Below are positions 29,667 through 38,592 of a stretch of 64,000 nucleotides of DNA, piece by piece. The DNA lies in NCBI GenBank assembly GCA_963817525.1, contig CAWFOU010000007.1, forward strand, positions 704,001 through 768,000, written 5' to 3'. A model generated the notes under the pieces. It saw only the letters and a program-made list of their open reading frames with translations, ran no database searches and was not told the DNA's origin. Within the stretch, counting starts at the first letter, position 1. Each line of letters opens with the position of its first letter. Position numbers and translations under genes: made by a program. The stretch comes from an uncultured archaeon. GTDB taxonomy: Archaea; Thermoproteota; Nitrososphaeria; Nitrososphaerales; Gagatemarchaeaceae.

Positions 29667-30611
29667 GTGGCGCGCGGATTGAGCGCCACAGCCACCCTCG
29701 CCTCGGTGACCAGCGAGCTCAAGCACCAGCCTTCACTGCTCTGCTCCTTTCGCGGGTCTGCACTCTGGTCCCGGTTGGAGGACGGCGGCGACCTCGTCTT
29801 CGTCGGGGCGGGAGACTCTTACGCCGCATCGCTCTGCGCCTCCTTCCTGGCGGGCCCGCGAGTGGTCGCCTACGACCCTTACTCCCTCGCAGAGTCGATT
29901 AGCTGGGCGCGCGGGAAGCGCGTGTACATCATCTCCATCTCCGGCGAGACAAGATCCAACGTCGAGCTCGCCCACTCCCTGAAGGGGGTCGCGGAGACCA
30001 CGGTGGCCGTCACCTGCAACGCGACGAGCAGGCTGGCCGCTGCGGCCGACGGCGCCGTCGAGCTCCCATTCAAGCCCCACAGGTCGCCTGGCATAACCTC
30101 GTTCACGCTCTCGCTTGCGGCCGCGCTCAGGATCTGCGGGCTCGACTCGGATTTTGAGTTCGAAGAGACGATGTCGCGCGCCGCCCCTCTGTCCAAGAGA
30201 ATCCTGATCGCGGGAGGGCCCGACGTGACCCACCTCACGGGCAACAATGAAGCGTACGCCGCCTCGCTCTACGGGGCGGCCAAGATCTACGAGCTTCTGG
30301 GCGGACGAGCTCAGGCCTCGCTGCTCGAGGAGTTCAGCCACATGCCCCTCTTCTCGCTCTCCACCGCGGACACGGTCAACGTGATTGGCTCGGGCGGACT
30401 AAAGGAGGAGCAGCTTCAGGAGAGTCTGAGGAAAGGTGGCTACGACTCGTCCTTCATCCGGCTCGAGGGAGGCAAGGTCGAAAGGCTCTTTCTCTTGGTA
30501 TTCGCCCTGCAAATGGCCGTGATAGGCGCGGCAAAGAAGGCGGGCCTGAGAGCCCCCTACTTCCTGGGCGCCAAGAAGAAGCTGAGTATCAGCGACGAGA
30601 TGATCTACTAG
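29667..30611 (+). CDS. SIS-domain sugar isomerase/aminotransferase-like protein
   Basis: VGAGDSYAA, ISISGET, LEEFSH.P. Confidence 0.8.
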   Translation: MARGLSATATLASVTSELKHQPSLLCSFRGSALWSRLEDGGDLVFVGAGDSYAASLCASFLAGPRVVAYDPYSLAESISWARGKRVYIISISGETRSNVELAHSLKGVAETTVAVTCNATSRLAAAADGAVELPFKPHRSPGITSFTLSLAAALRICGLDSDFEFEETMSRAAPLSKRILIAGGPDVTHLTGNNEAYAASLYGAAKIYELLGGRAQASLLEEFSHMPLFSLSTADTVNVIGSGGLKEEQLQESLRKGGYDSSFIRLEGGKVERLFLLVFALQMAVIGAAKKAGLRAPYFLGAKKKLSISDEMIY

Positions 30612-30964
30612 TGGCTGGCGCCGCTTCCGCAGCCACAGCCCTGTCCCTGGACGTTGGGGTTCTCAATCTTGAAGCCCTGCCTCTGCATCGTGTCGACGAA
30701 GTCAATCTTCGAGCCCCTGAGGATGTCGGCGTTGTTCTTGTCAGTGACGATCTTGAAATCGTCCACCTCTTCGACGATGTCGTTACCCCTCGGCTTCTCG
30801 GCGAGCTGCATCCCGTAGCTGTATCCGCCGCTGCAAGCACATCCGCCTGAGGCATAGACGTCGATCCTGAGGTAAGAGCCGCCCTGGGTCTGCTCCTTCA
30901 ACGCCTCGGAGAGCTTTTCCTTGGCGAGCGGCGTGAACTTGACTATCGGCATCATCTTCTGCAT
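30608..30964 (-). CDS. HesB/IscA Fe-S cluster carrier
   Basis: GGCAC.G.SY, IDF.D....GF.I.NPN....CGCG. Confidence 0.92.
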   Translation of the reverse strand: MQKMMPIVKFTPLAKEKLSEALKEQTQGGSYLRIDVYASGGCACSGGYSYGMQLAEKPRGNDIVEEVDDFKIVTDKNNADILRGSKIDFVDTMQRQGFKIENPNVQGQGCGCGSGASH

Positions 30965-31022
30965 GTTGGTTTTTGCGGTCCGGGGGTCATATTTAGGCTA
31001 TTCGGATTTCGGCTCTGTTCAA

Positions 31023-31235
31023 TCAACGGCTCGCGTCCTCCGTGTTAAGTCTCGGCTCGTGTGTCGATATGGCCGACCCCAGCGCCAGTAGAAAAACCAC
31101 CTCAACGAAGACTCCTATGACAACCAGCGCGTTCAGTGAGGATTTGCTTGTCAATATCCCAGTGACCATTAGTGCGGCTCCCAAGGCGCAGCCTCCTGCG
31201 GCCACTTTCAGACTTGGGCCGTAAGTTCTACTCAA
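31023..31235 (-). CDS. small two-TM passenger protein
   Basis: 70 aa; overlaps the transposase stop and ends inside the TIR. Confidence 0.5.
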   Translation of the reverse strand: MSRTYGPSLKVAAGGCALGAALMVTGILTSKSSLNALVVIGVFVEVVFLLALGSAISTHEPRLNTEDASR

Positions 31236-32364
31236 GTGTCTTCGCTCTTTCTGCGTTCTGGATTATCGTAAGCCACTTGTTGTCGCCCTCGACAGTTATC
31301 CCTGCGGCCTCCGCCGGAGTCTTGCCCTCAAGGCCCATGTGCGGCCTGACGAAGTTGTGATGAATCTGCATCCCCTTGAGGATGGGCGAGTCCTCGGTCT
31401 TGAGGCTCCGAAATACCTTCTCGCGGTCGCGTAGCTCGCCGTTGAACCTCTCCATCTTGTTGTTGTGGTATCGCCCATTGAACGCGATTTCCCTGATGTG
31501 TTGCGTGGTCTTATCGTCGTATCTTGTCCTGTATTCCTTGCGGTTCGCTACTGCAAAGTTCTCTGCGCCGTCAGTGGTCAAGACCTTCGGTTGCTTGCCA
31601 GCTATCTCCTTGGCCTCCCTCCACATCGGCCTAACGTCCTCGTGCCACTTCTTGTCTCCGACCTGCATGGCTATCCAGTATCGGCTCTCGTCGTCAATCA
31701 TCGCGTAGAGCCACTTGGGGTTGCCCTTCACTTTCAGATACATCTCGTCGGCTCTCCATTTGTCGCCGACCTTGGGAGTAATCTTGTCCAGATAGCCCTC
31801 CATGAGCTTGACATACTTGCCAATCCAGTTGTAGATTGTAACGTGCGAGACGTTCACGCCTTGGAGTGCGAGAAACTTCTGGACATTCCTTAGACTCTCT
31901 CCGGTGAAGTAGAGTTGCATCGCCGAAGTGATTGCTTGCGGTGAAGCGGCCATCCTTTCAAATCCGAGGTTCTTGACGAACCACTTGCCGCATTGGTTGC
32001 ACTCATATCTCTGAATCATCCCGTTCTTGTTCTTCCTGACTCCATGCTTGATTATGTTCTCTGAGCCGCACTCAAGGCACGATTGGAAGTCGAGTGGCAC
32101 GACTCGCGTCGAGTTCTCTATCCGTCGCCTAAGCTCTAACGAGAGTTCGACCGCGAAGATGTGCTTGCACTTGATTACGCGAGTGAGTGCGTCCGGGCAA
32201 GAGCAGAACCAGCCCGCCTCAGTAGAGATGATTTGGTATTCCCCATGACCGGATTGCGACTTGACGCGGTATTCCGTCTCGTCTATCCTCCGGACGTTCG
32301 CCTCCACCTGTGCGATTGCTTGGCCTCTCACTTTTCGCGCCTCAAGTTCTTGGACGGTTGCCAT
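31228..32364 (-). CDS. IS6-family DDE transposase with N-terminal SWIM and zinc-ribbon domains
   Basis: CSCPD...CKH (SWIM), CLEC/CNQC, WRADEMY, TTDG, NN.MERFNG, HNFVRPH..L...TPAEAAG. Confidence 0.9.
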   Translation of the reverse strand: MATVQELEARKVRGQAIAQVEANVRRIDETEYRVKSQSGHGEYQIISTEAGWFCSCPDALTRVIKCKHIFAVELSLELRRRIENSTRVVPLDFQSCLECGSENIIKHGVRKNKNGMIQRYECNQCGKWFVKNLGFERMAASPQAITSAMQLYFTGESLRNVQKFLALQGVNVSHVTIYNWIGKYVKLMEGYLDKITPKVGDKWRADEMYLKVKGNPKWLYAMIDDESRYWIAMQVGDKKWHEDVRPMWREAKEIAGKQPKVLTTDGAENFAVANRKEYRTRYDDKTTQHIREIAFNGRYHNNKMERFNGELRDREKVFRSLKTEDSPILKGMQIHHNFVRPHMGLEGKTPAEAAGITVEGDNKWLTIIQNAERAKTLE

Positions 32365-32375
32365 GTGCTTAACGC

Positions 32376-32421
32376 TATCAATAGGTATCTATCCATACCC
32401 TTATAAGGATATCTATTGATA
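32376..32421. promoter_or_regulatory. inverted-repeat operator flanking a TATA palindrome between divergent transposase and RHH genes
   Basis: TATCAATAGGTATC / GATATCTATTGATA (13/14) around CCTTATAAGG. Confidence 0.65.
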
Positions 32422-32440
32422 CCTAATGATGGTGAATGAA

Positions 32441-32578
32441 TTGGCGCAGAAGCGGTATATGCTAACCATGACCGAAGAAATGGAGAGGAAGCTAGAGGCA
32501 GAGCGGAAGCGACGCCTTTTGGATTCGATTCCCGAAACGGTGAGGATGATTCTTTCGGAAGCTCTTGCGAAGTCCTAG
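32441..32578 (+). CDS. ribbon-helix-helix (CopG-like) micro-protein (not in ORF track)
   Basis: KRYMLTM-TEEMERKLEAERKRR-DSIPETVRMILSEAL beta-alpha-alpha pattern; in-frame ATGs also at 32426 and 32429. Confidence 0.7.
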   Translation: MAQKRYMLTMTEEMERKLEAERKRRLLDSIPETVRMILSEALAKS

Positions 32579-32579
32579 A

Positions 32580-33089
32580 CCTTCTCCATTTGCGCCACTC
32601 GACAACGAAGGTCTTGGTCAAGCGACCATAACCATCAATGAAGAAGACTATTGCGAAGAGCAACAAGGAGGCTCCGACCGTGATGAGGAAGACATAGTTC
32701 AGGTCTTGATAGTAAGCTGGATAATGGTGGACTGCGGCTTGAGTCTTGAACTATATCGAAGTAGCCTGAACTGCGCCCTCAAAGACTAGACAAATCAATG
32801 AAAGAATGAATTCAAGATAGCCAAGGATGGCATGACCGGCAACCTTGGCAGGAGGCAAGTCCTCCCCTCTCTCGTATAGGATGGTGCCGCCAAGAGTCGC
32901 CAATCCCAAGGCGAAAATAAACCCCCACCGGATAAATAAGGGACCCGGAGCAAGCTCAGCTACCGCCGCAATCGCGAAGTAGAACGTCCCTATTCCGAGT
33001 CTACTAATCTTACGTTTTACCAACTGCCCGATTACCACAAGTGCCCCCAATGTAATAAACAGAAGACTCGGCGCCGAAAGAGCCGACAC
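32580..33089 (-). pseudogene. multi-TM passenger protein interrupted by in-frame TAG (32751-32753); 3' end approximate
   Basis: ORFs 32751-33089 and 32328-32666 share a frame; hydrophobic sequence continues after the stop. Confidence 0.55.
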
Positions 33090-33228
33090 TTAACAGCCCT
33101 TCTCGCGAGCCGTAGTTTGAACAGAACCCGGATTTCGGGGCTGATACCTCTTCGGGTCACGTGAACGGGCGTTACCTTTCGGGTCATTGAGTCTATCTAC
33201 TTCGTCGGATTGACTACTGGTCGCGAAG

Positions 33229-33501
33229 TCATGGAATTGGCCTGGCTGCGGCCCACCTCTTGTAGCGCCCATACAACGGAATAACCCACCGAAAAAACAA
33301 GACGTAGTTGGCCACGAATAGAACCCAGACAAGGATAATGATTCCAAACCCATTCATCGAAGGAAAGAGCACGTATGGAATGAGGAGTTCGAAGACGGTG
33401 GCGATAAAAGAGAAGATAGCACCACCTATTACAGCCAACACCCTCCTAAGAATTGTTGTCATGCGGGCCCCGTTCGCCGCTCTCGGTGTTGTGACTGGCA
33501 T
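33229..33501 (-). CDS. small two-TM membrane protein downstream of the IS6 remnant
   Basis: Two hydrophobic helices, basic tail, AT-richer. Confidence 0.55.
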   Translation of the reverse strand: MPVTTPRAANGARMTTILRRVLAVIGGAIFSFIATVFELLIPYVLFPSMNGFGIIILVWVLFVANYVLFFRWVIPLYGRYKRWAAARPIP

Positions 33502-33695
33502 TTTGGATTATCGTTAGCCACTTGTTCTCGCCTTCAACTTTGATTCCTGCGGCCTCTGCCGGGGTCTTCCCTTCAAGGCCCATGTGGGGCCTCACGTAGT
33601 CGTGGAACACTTGCATTCCCTTGGGGACCGGTGAACGCTCCCGCTTTAGTGGCCGCATCCACCTTCTCCCGGTCTCTCAGCTCTCGGTCGAACGA
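33446..33695 (-). pseudogene. C-terminal remnant of a second IS6-type transposase (frameshifted)
   Basis: FDRELRDREKV/MRPLK...GMQVFHDYVRPHMGLEGKTPAEAAGIKVEGENKWLTIIQNA matches the 3' end of 31228-32364. Confidence 0.85.
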
Positions 33696-33980
33696 TTACA
33701 CGGATTTCGCTCCGTCTTCGTAGTCGTGCTGCCTGCCCGACCTCCAAATGAAAAGCGAGACGAGGTACAACGCGACCACAGCCACGGTGATCACCAGGCC
33801 TACCTCGGCGAGCATGCCTGAGTTGGGGCCGCTTCCAAAGACTATCGGGAACGGCCCGATCAGGATGAACCCTCCGGTCGAGCTCGACCCGCCAGACCCC
33901 TGGGACGCCCCCACGGCCAAAACCACAAAGCCCACAAAGACTATGCCGATACCCAGCAGGGACAGCCTCGCTGGATTCAC
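33696..33980 (-). CDS. DUF131/TIGR00304 family membrane protein
   Basis: GGFILIGPFPIVFGS. Confidence 0.85.
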   Translation of the reverse strand: MNPARLSLLGIGIVFVGFVVLAVGASQGSGGSSSTGGFILIGPFPIVFGSGPNSGMLAEVGLVITVAVVALYLVSLFIWRSGRQHDYEDGAKSV

Positions 33981-34231
33981 AGGCCGACCAACACCCACGA
34001 CAGGAGGGCTATCACGACCAGCACTATGGCGAGGGCTATCGCGATGCTGGCCCACTTCGCGTCAGACCCGAAGACGATGGGAATCGGGCCGATCAATATC
34101 ACGCCCCCTCCCTTCACCTCCGTCCGCCTCTCGCCCTCCTCCGACGGCTTGCCCGACGCGACAGTCGCCACGAGGACGACCAGGAACCCTACGAAGATTA
34201 TCCCTATCCCTATGAGGACGAGGTCCTGCAT
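33977..34231 (-). CDS. DUF131/TIGR00304 family membrane protein
   Basis: GGGVILIGPIPIVFGSD. Confidence 0.9.
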   Translation of the reverse strand: MQDLVLIGIGIIFVGFLVVLVATVASGKPSEEGERRTEVKGGGVILIGPIPIVFGSDAKWASIAIALAIVLVVIALLSWVLVGL

Positions 34232-34291
34232 CCAAGGCTTTTCACCGGCGGTTTCTTATATAACATCAGGCGCTCTTTCATCCAGGCACGA

Positions 34292-34459
34292 TTGTCGGAA
34301 TACAGGTATTGCGAGAAGTGCATGATGCGGACGGAGCACGAGGCCGTCGTCGACGGCCGAGACTACAACCCGAGGGGGAGGGGCCTCTACAAGTGCAAAA
34401 AGTGCGGCAGGGTCAAGTCCATGCGGCACCTCCGCCCGAGCTCCGAAATCGGCTACTGA
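34292..34459 (+). CDS. zinc-ribbon micro-protein (55 aa; not in ORF track)
   Basis: MSEYRYCEKCMMRTEH...YKCKKCG; TTATATAA box ~30 nt upstream. Confidence 0.7.
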   Translation: MSEYRYCEKCMMRTEHEAVVDGRDYNPRGRGLYKCKKCGRVKSMRHLRPSSEIGY

Positions 34460-34467
34460 CCACCGGC

Positions 34468-35466
34468 TCAGGCGTACTCTGACCTGTCGACCACGTTCTT
34501 TGGCGGCGAGCCCCTGAAGTACCTTGTCAGATTCTCGACGACCCCCTTCCCGACCCGTCCCGTGATTATGGCGCTCGGCCCCGACGCGTGCGGGGTCCCG
34601 ATGAAGTTCTCGAGCTCCAAGAACGGCAGGTCCGGGGCGAACGTCTCGACGCCTTCCTTGTCGGGCCACCAGACGTCGGTCGCGTAAGCGAACCCGGGAT
34701 TCCTCACCAAGCGGTCGTAGATCGCCTCTTTCTGGACGACGCTGCCCCTCGCGACGTTCACGAGCATCCCGTCGGGCTTCATCGCCGCGAGCTCCTCCCT
34801 GCCTATCATGCCCTTGGTGACCTTCGTGAGAGGCACAGCCAAGACCACTACGTCCGATTCGCGCAGGAGCCTCATGAGACCAGACCTTCCCCTTACCCGC
34901 TCGACCCCCCGGTCGTGGATAGGATGCCTCCCGAACGCAAGGACCTTCATCCCGAAGGGCTTGGCCAACCTCGCGGTCGACCTTCCTATGCCCCCGTACC
35001 CCACTATCCCGATGGTCTTCTCCTTGAAGAAGGCCACCTGTCTCCCCAGCTCGTCCAGTTTCTGGTGCGTGTAGAGCCCCGCCCTCAGCTGGCGGTCGAA
35101 CTTCACGATGCTCTTCCCAGCCGCGAGCATAAGCCCGATGACGAACTCTCCCACCTCGTCGGAGTAGCTCCCCGCGTTGCTACAAACGACCACCCTCTTG
35201 TCGAGCAGGTCGAAGCGGACGCCGTTCACGCCCGCGTTCCCGGCTTGGTAGAAGCGCAGGCCCCCCATCGTCGACACCTTCGCCGCGTCTAGGTGCTTCG
35301 GCCAACCGTGGGAATAGAGTGCGTCTATCTGCGGCAGCACCCGCGCCTGCTCCACCTCGTCCATTTCGGAGAGCCAATAGATGTCGGCGTAGCGCTTTAG
35401 CGGCTCGAACTCCTCCCTGCGGTTCGCGGTCTGCGCCACCAGGAGCTTGTGGCGGGTCTTCCCCAT
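34468..35466 (-). CDS. D-2-hydroxyacid dehydrogenase
   Basis: IGIVGYGGIG, LVNVARG, ATDVW, TPH. Confidence 0.9.
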   Translation of the reverse strand: MGKTRHKLLVAQTANRREEFEPLKRYADIYWLSEMDEVEQARVLPQIDALYSHGWPKHLDAAKVSTMGGLRFYQAGNAGVNGVRFDLLDKRVVVCSNAGSYSDEVGEFVIGLMLAAGKSIVKFDRQLRAGLYTHQKLDELGRQVAFFKEKTIGIVGYGGIGRSTARLAKPFGMKVLAFGRHPIHDRGVERVRGRSGLMRLLRESDVVVLAVPLTKVTKGMIGREELAAMKPDGMLVNVARGSVVQKEAIYDRLVRNPGFAYATDVWWPDKEGVETFAPDLPFLELENFIGTPHASGPSAIITGRVGKGVVENLTRYFRGSPPKNVVDRSEYA

Positions 35467-35513
35467 CTGGAACCCTTCTTGCGCAACATATTCAAACGAT
35501 TCGTCGAGGGATC

Positions 35514-35870
35514 TCATCGCTCGCCCTGGGGGCCGCCATCGGATTCCTCGTCCTCCTCCCGTATGGAGACCTCGTCCGGCTCGATGCCCAGGGCCTTCAG
35601 CTCCTCCTCCGCGTCCCTAAGAGTGACTGACTTGTAGAACTCGACGTCGTAGAGCAGGCCGTAGCCCTCCCACCCTCTCTCGACCAGCCTCTTTCCGAGC
35701 TCCGCCGCCCGCGCGAGCCTCCGGCCGAGCTGCTGGCCGCATGAGGCTATCGCCTCAAGGAGCTCAAGGTCGACTGGGGAGCCCTCGAGCCCGTCTATCT
35801 CCCAAGCCGGCTTGCCGAACAGGAAGACCGAGACGGTGACGAGGGGCTTGTCCCGGGTGGGCTCGCTCAT
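35514..35870 (-). CDS. hypothetical protein
   Basis: Acidic ORF with host codon usage. Confidence 0.6.
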   Translation of the reverse strand: MSEPTRDKPLVTVSVFLFGKPAWEIDGLEGSPVDLELLEAIASCGQQLGRRLARAAELGKRLVERGWEGYGLLYDVEFYKSVTLRDAEEELKALGIEPDEVSIREEDEESDGGPQGER

Positions 35871-35913
35871 CGACCAAAAGTTCGGCATTCGTAATTAAGC
35901 GTCGATGAAAAAG

Positions 35914-36354
35914 TCAGACTTTCTTCCTCCTCGGACGCGAATTCCCATCTCTATCCTCGAGCCTTCTTACAAACTTCGGCGCGGACCACTTTTCGTCTAC
36001 CGCGCAGACCTTCACGTCGACCAGGCCAATCTTCAGGCCGACCTCCCTCACCACCACGTCGCTCAGATTCGTCTCCACTCTCGAAGAGGCCTTCGGCCAC
36101 GACACCCAGATCATCCCGCCCTGCTTGATTCTTGCCTTCAACGCGGGCAGTTTTCTCTCCAGGCTCGCCCTCTCGGTCACGAAGAGCTGGACGAAGTCGA
36201 GCTCCCCTCTGGCTCCTCGAGCGACGGTTACGCCGTCCGGAAGCCTCCCAAGGAGGCTCGAATATCCGGCGGGGGCGTTCAAGAACGCGAGCGAGCACCC
36301 GTCCTTGATTCCCAGCTTCTGCGCTAGCGGTTTTCTAGAATACCCCACAGGCAT
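35914..36354 (-). CDS. DUF3052 family protein
   Basis: GYS.KPL..KLGIK, IWVSWPK, GLVDVKVCAVD..WS. Confidence 0.88.
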   Translation of the reverse strand: MPVGYSRKPLAQKLGIKDGCSLAFLNAPAGYSSLLGRLPDGVTVARGARGELDFVQLFVTERASLERKLPALKARIKQGGMIWVSWPKASSRVETNLSDVVVREVGLKIGLVDVKVCAVDEKWSAPKFVRRLEDRDGNSRPRRKKV

Positions 36355-36554
36355 CTAGAGCCGGATTCCCGGGCTTTTCGTATTTAACAGTCGAACTGTC
36401 GCCGCCGCGTCGCCCTAATGGCCGAGGATGGCCAGACAGATGCCAAATCTAGTTCCTTCTTCCACACGGATTCCACAATCCTGAGGGGAAGACGTCTATT
36501 CTTCGGCTGGAATCCAGAAGTAGAACGCGCCCCCTCGTCTCTGATGTCAGAAAC

Positions 36555-36773
36555 ATGACACACGCACAAAGCGCGGCAGACGACGGCCTGGGCGGAAGGA
36601 AGACGTACTCGGTCAACGTACAGGTGAAGGCGCAGTCCAGCACTAGCTGCTCGTTCTGCTACTTCGTGCTCACGCTCTATCCAACGCTGAAGGGAATGAC
36701 GGATAGGGACATTGCGACCTTCAAGTCGCACCTTCAAACTGCGCACGGTCTCAGGGACGAAATCCAGGCTTGA
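36555..36773 (+). CDS. small C2H2-like zinc-binding protein
   Basis: CSFC...F.SHLQTAHG. Confidence 0.6.
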   Translation: MTHAQSAADDGLGGRKTYSVNVQVKAQSSTSCSFCYFVLTLYPTLKGMTDRDIATFKSHLQTAHGLRDEIQA

Positions 36774-36844
36774 CAGGCTGCGCGCTCCATTCACCATGTT
36801 TTCCAATTGAACTTGAAGACCTGATATTCTGAATTGAGGTTAAG

Positions 36845-36865
36845 TGCGGTCGCAGCAAGTTGAAC
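36845..36865. repeat. att-like degenerate copy of the tRNA-Gly 3' end
   Basis: TGCGGTCGCAGcaAgTTGAAC vs 39107-39127 (first 11 identical, 18/21 overall). Confidence 0.65.
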
Positions 36866-37075
36866 TTTAAGTTCAGATTACACGCAGTCCTCAAGGAAAC
36901 ATTCAACCTCAGGGACGGGCGAGGAGAAGTTCATCGTCGATTCGGAGATAGGTCAAGGAATTTTGATGGCGAAGGAAGGGCGCATCCCTTCTAAAACTTT
37001 CCCTGCGACGAAGAGAGGAGATTGTTCACCACGAAACCGAAAGAAGTCGCCGCTTGACTCCCCCATGACTACCTG

Positions 37076-38527
37076 CTATGTCGGAATCTCACCGGCCCCA
37101 CCTGCCCTAAGCCGGCCTGCTGGATTGCCTTTGAGGAGCGAAGCCGTCACCACTCCCAGGCCAGCGAAGACAGCCGCAGCCAGAAAGGCGTACCTCATCC
37201 CAGAGATGATCTCGCTACTCGGCGCCGAGACTCCCATGCCGAATGTCACCAGTCCAATCACGTAGACCGATAGGGCGAGCCCGACCGGGCTCCCGACCTG
37301 TCTGGCGGTGTTGATGAGGCCCGATGCGATTCCTTCCTCCCCTGGCTTCGCCGCCGAGAGCGCAAGGATGTTCGAAGCAGTCGCTGCGAGCGACCCGCCT
37401 ATGACACACACGAGCTGGGCGGGCAGGATGAAGGCCAGGTAGCTGGAGGTCAGCGAGAGTCGGCTGAAGAGGAGCATGCCGACCGTTAGGAATGCCATTG
37501 CGCCCACCAAGACGCGCCTCGCGCCGATGCGCCTCACCAGCCTTGGCGCGGCGAACCCCCCGAGGAAGAGGTAGGTCAATGATCCTGGTAGGAGCGCGGC
37601 CGCCGCTATGAGAGGGGAGTAGGAACGCAACACCTGCAGATAGGTCGTCTGCAGAAAGATCACGAAAATGAACGCGCCGAACGCTAGCAGTGCCGTCGAG
37701 TTGGCGAAGAAAATCGCCCTCCGCCGCAGAAACCCGAGCGGCATGAGTGGCGCGGGGGAGAGGTGCTCTATGGCGACAAATAAAGCCAGGACCGCGGCTG
37801 AAAGCAGGAGGACCGCGTAGGTTAGATTGGAGGGGTCCCCATTGCCGACGTTTGTGAGGCCATAGACAAGGAGCATTAGCCCAGTTGTCACCGACACGGC
37901 GCCCGGCAGGTCGAGATGACCGTGTTCGCTCCGAGGTCCGGCTGGGTCGGGGAGGAACTTGATCGCGAGGGCCGACACAACTATCCCGATAGGGACGTTC
38001 ACGAAGAAGATCCACCTCCAGCCGAGCGCCTCAGTCAGGACGCCTCCCATGACGACACCTGCCGAGAATCCCGAGGCCGAGACCGCCGTGAACACTCCCA
38101 GGACCTGGGTCAGCCTACCGAGCGGCCCGAAGGTCCTTACTATCATTGAGAGGCCCGTCGCCGAAGCGAGGGCCGCTCCTATCCCCTGCACCATCCTTGC
38201 TGCTATCAGGACAAGCTCCGAGGGGGCAAGCCCCGCAGCGAGGGATGATAGCGAAAAGACCACAAGCCCTATCATGAAGAGCACCTTGCGTCCGTAGATG
38301 TCAGAGGCGCGGCCGCTGAACAGGAGAAATCCCGCGAATGTCAGTCCATAGGCACTGACTATCCACTGGAGGTCTGGCAGAGACATGCTGAGGTCAGTCC
38401 GGATCGTGGGCAGCGCTATCTGCACAATGGAAAAGTCGAGGACGACCACGAACTGCGCGGTCACCAGAATGCCAAGTATCAAACCTAGCCTGCGAGGGGG
38501 ACTTGGGTTCAAGTTACCTGCGGACAA
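37076..38527 (-). CDS. MFS drug:H+ antiporter (DHA2, 14-TM)
   Basis: LDFSIV.IALP, GRASDIYGRK, GWRWIFFVNVPIG. Confidence 0.93.
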   Translation of the reverse strand: MSAGNLNPSPPRRLGLILGILVTAQFVVVLDFSIVQIALPTIRTDLSMSLPDLQWIVSAYGLTFAGFLLFSGRASDIYGRKVLFMIGLVVFSLSSLAAGLAPSELVLIAARMVQGIGAALASATGLSMIVRTFGPLGRLTQVLGVFTAVSASGFSAGVVMGGVLTEALGWRWIFFVNVPIGIVVSALAIKFLPDPAGPRSEHGHLDLPGAVSVTTGLMLLVYGLTNVGNGDPSNLTYAVLLLSAAVLALFVAIEHLSPAPLMPLGFLRRRAIFFANSTALLAFGAFIFVIFLQTTYLQVLRSYSPLIAAAALLPGSLTYLFLGGFAAPRLVRRIGARRVLVGAMAFLTVGMLLFSRLSLTSSYLAFILPAQLVCVIGGSLAATASNILALSAAKPGEEGIASGLINTARQVGSPVGLALSVYVIGLVTFGMGVSAPSSEIISGMRYAFLAAAVFAGLGVVTASLLKGNPAGRLRAGGAGEIPT

Positions 38528-38546
38528 AGCTGAACACCGACTGTAG

Positions 38547-38561
38547 CTATACTTAGTATAG
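38547..38561. promoter_or_regulatory. perfect palindrome, putative HxlR operator
   Basis: CTATACT-T-AGTATAG next to TTTATAAATA between divergent MFS and HxlR genes. Confidence 0.6.
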
Positions 38562-38592
38562 TTTATAAATAGGTAAGGGGGTGAAAGGATAG

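Larger units (their letters stand above)
31011..33128 (-). mobile_element. IS6-family element with passenger genes (2118 bp)
   Basis: TIRs 31011-31035 and 33104-33128 (22/25 match; GG(C/T)TCTGTTCAA...); TSD CGGATTTC at 31003-31010 and 33129-33136. Confidence 0.9.
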
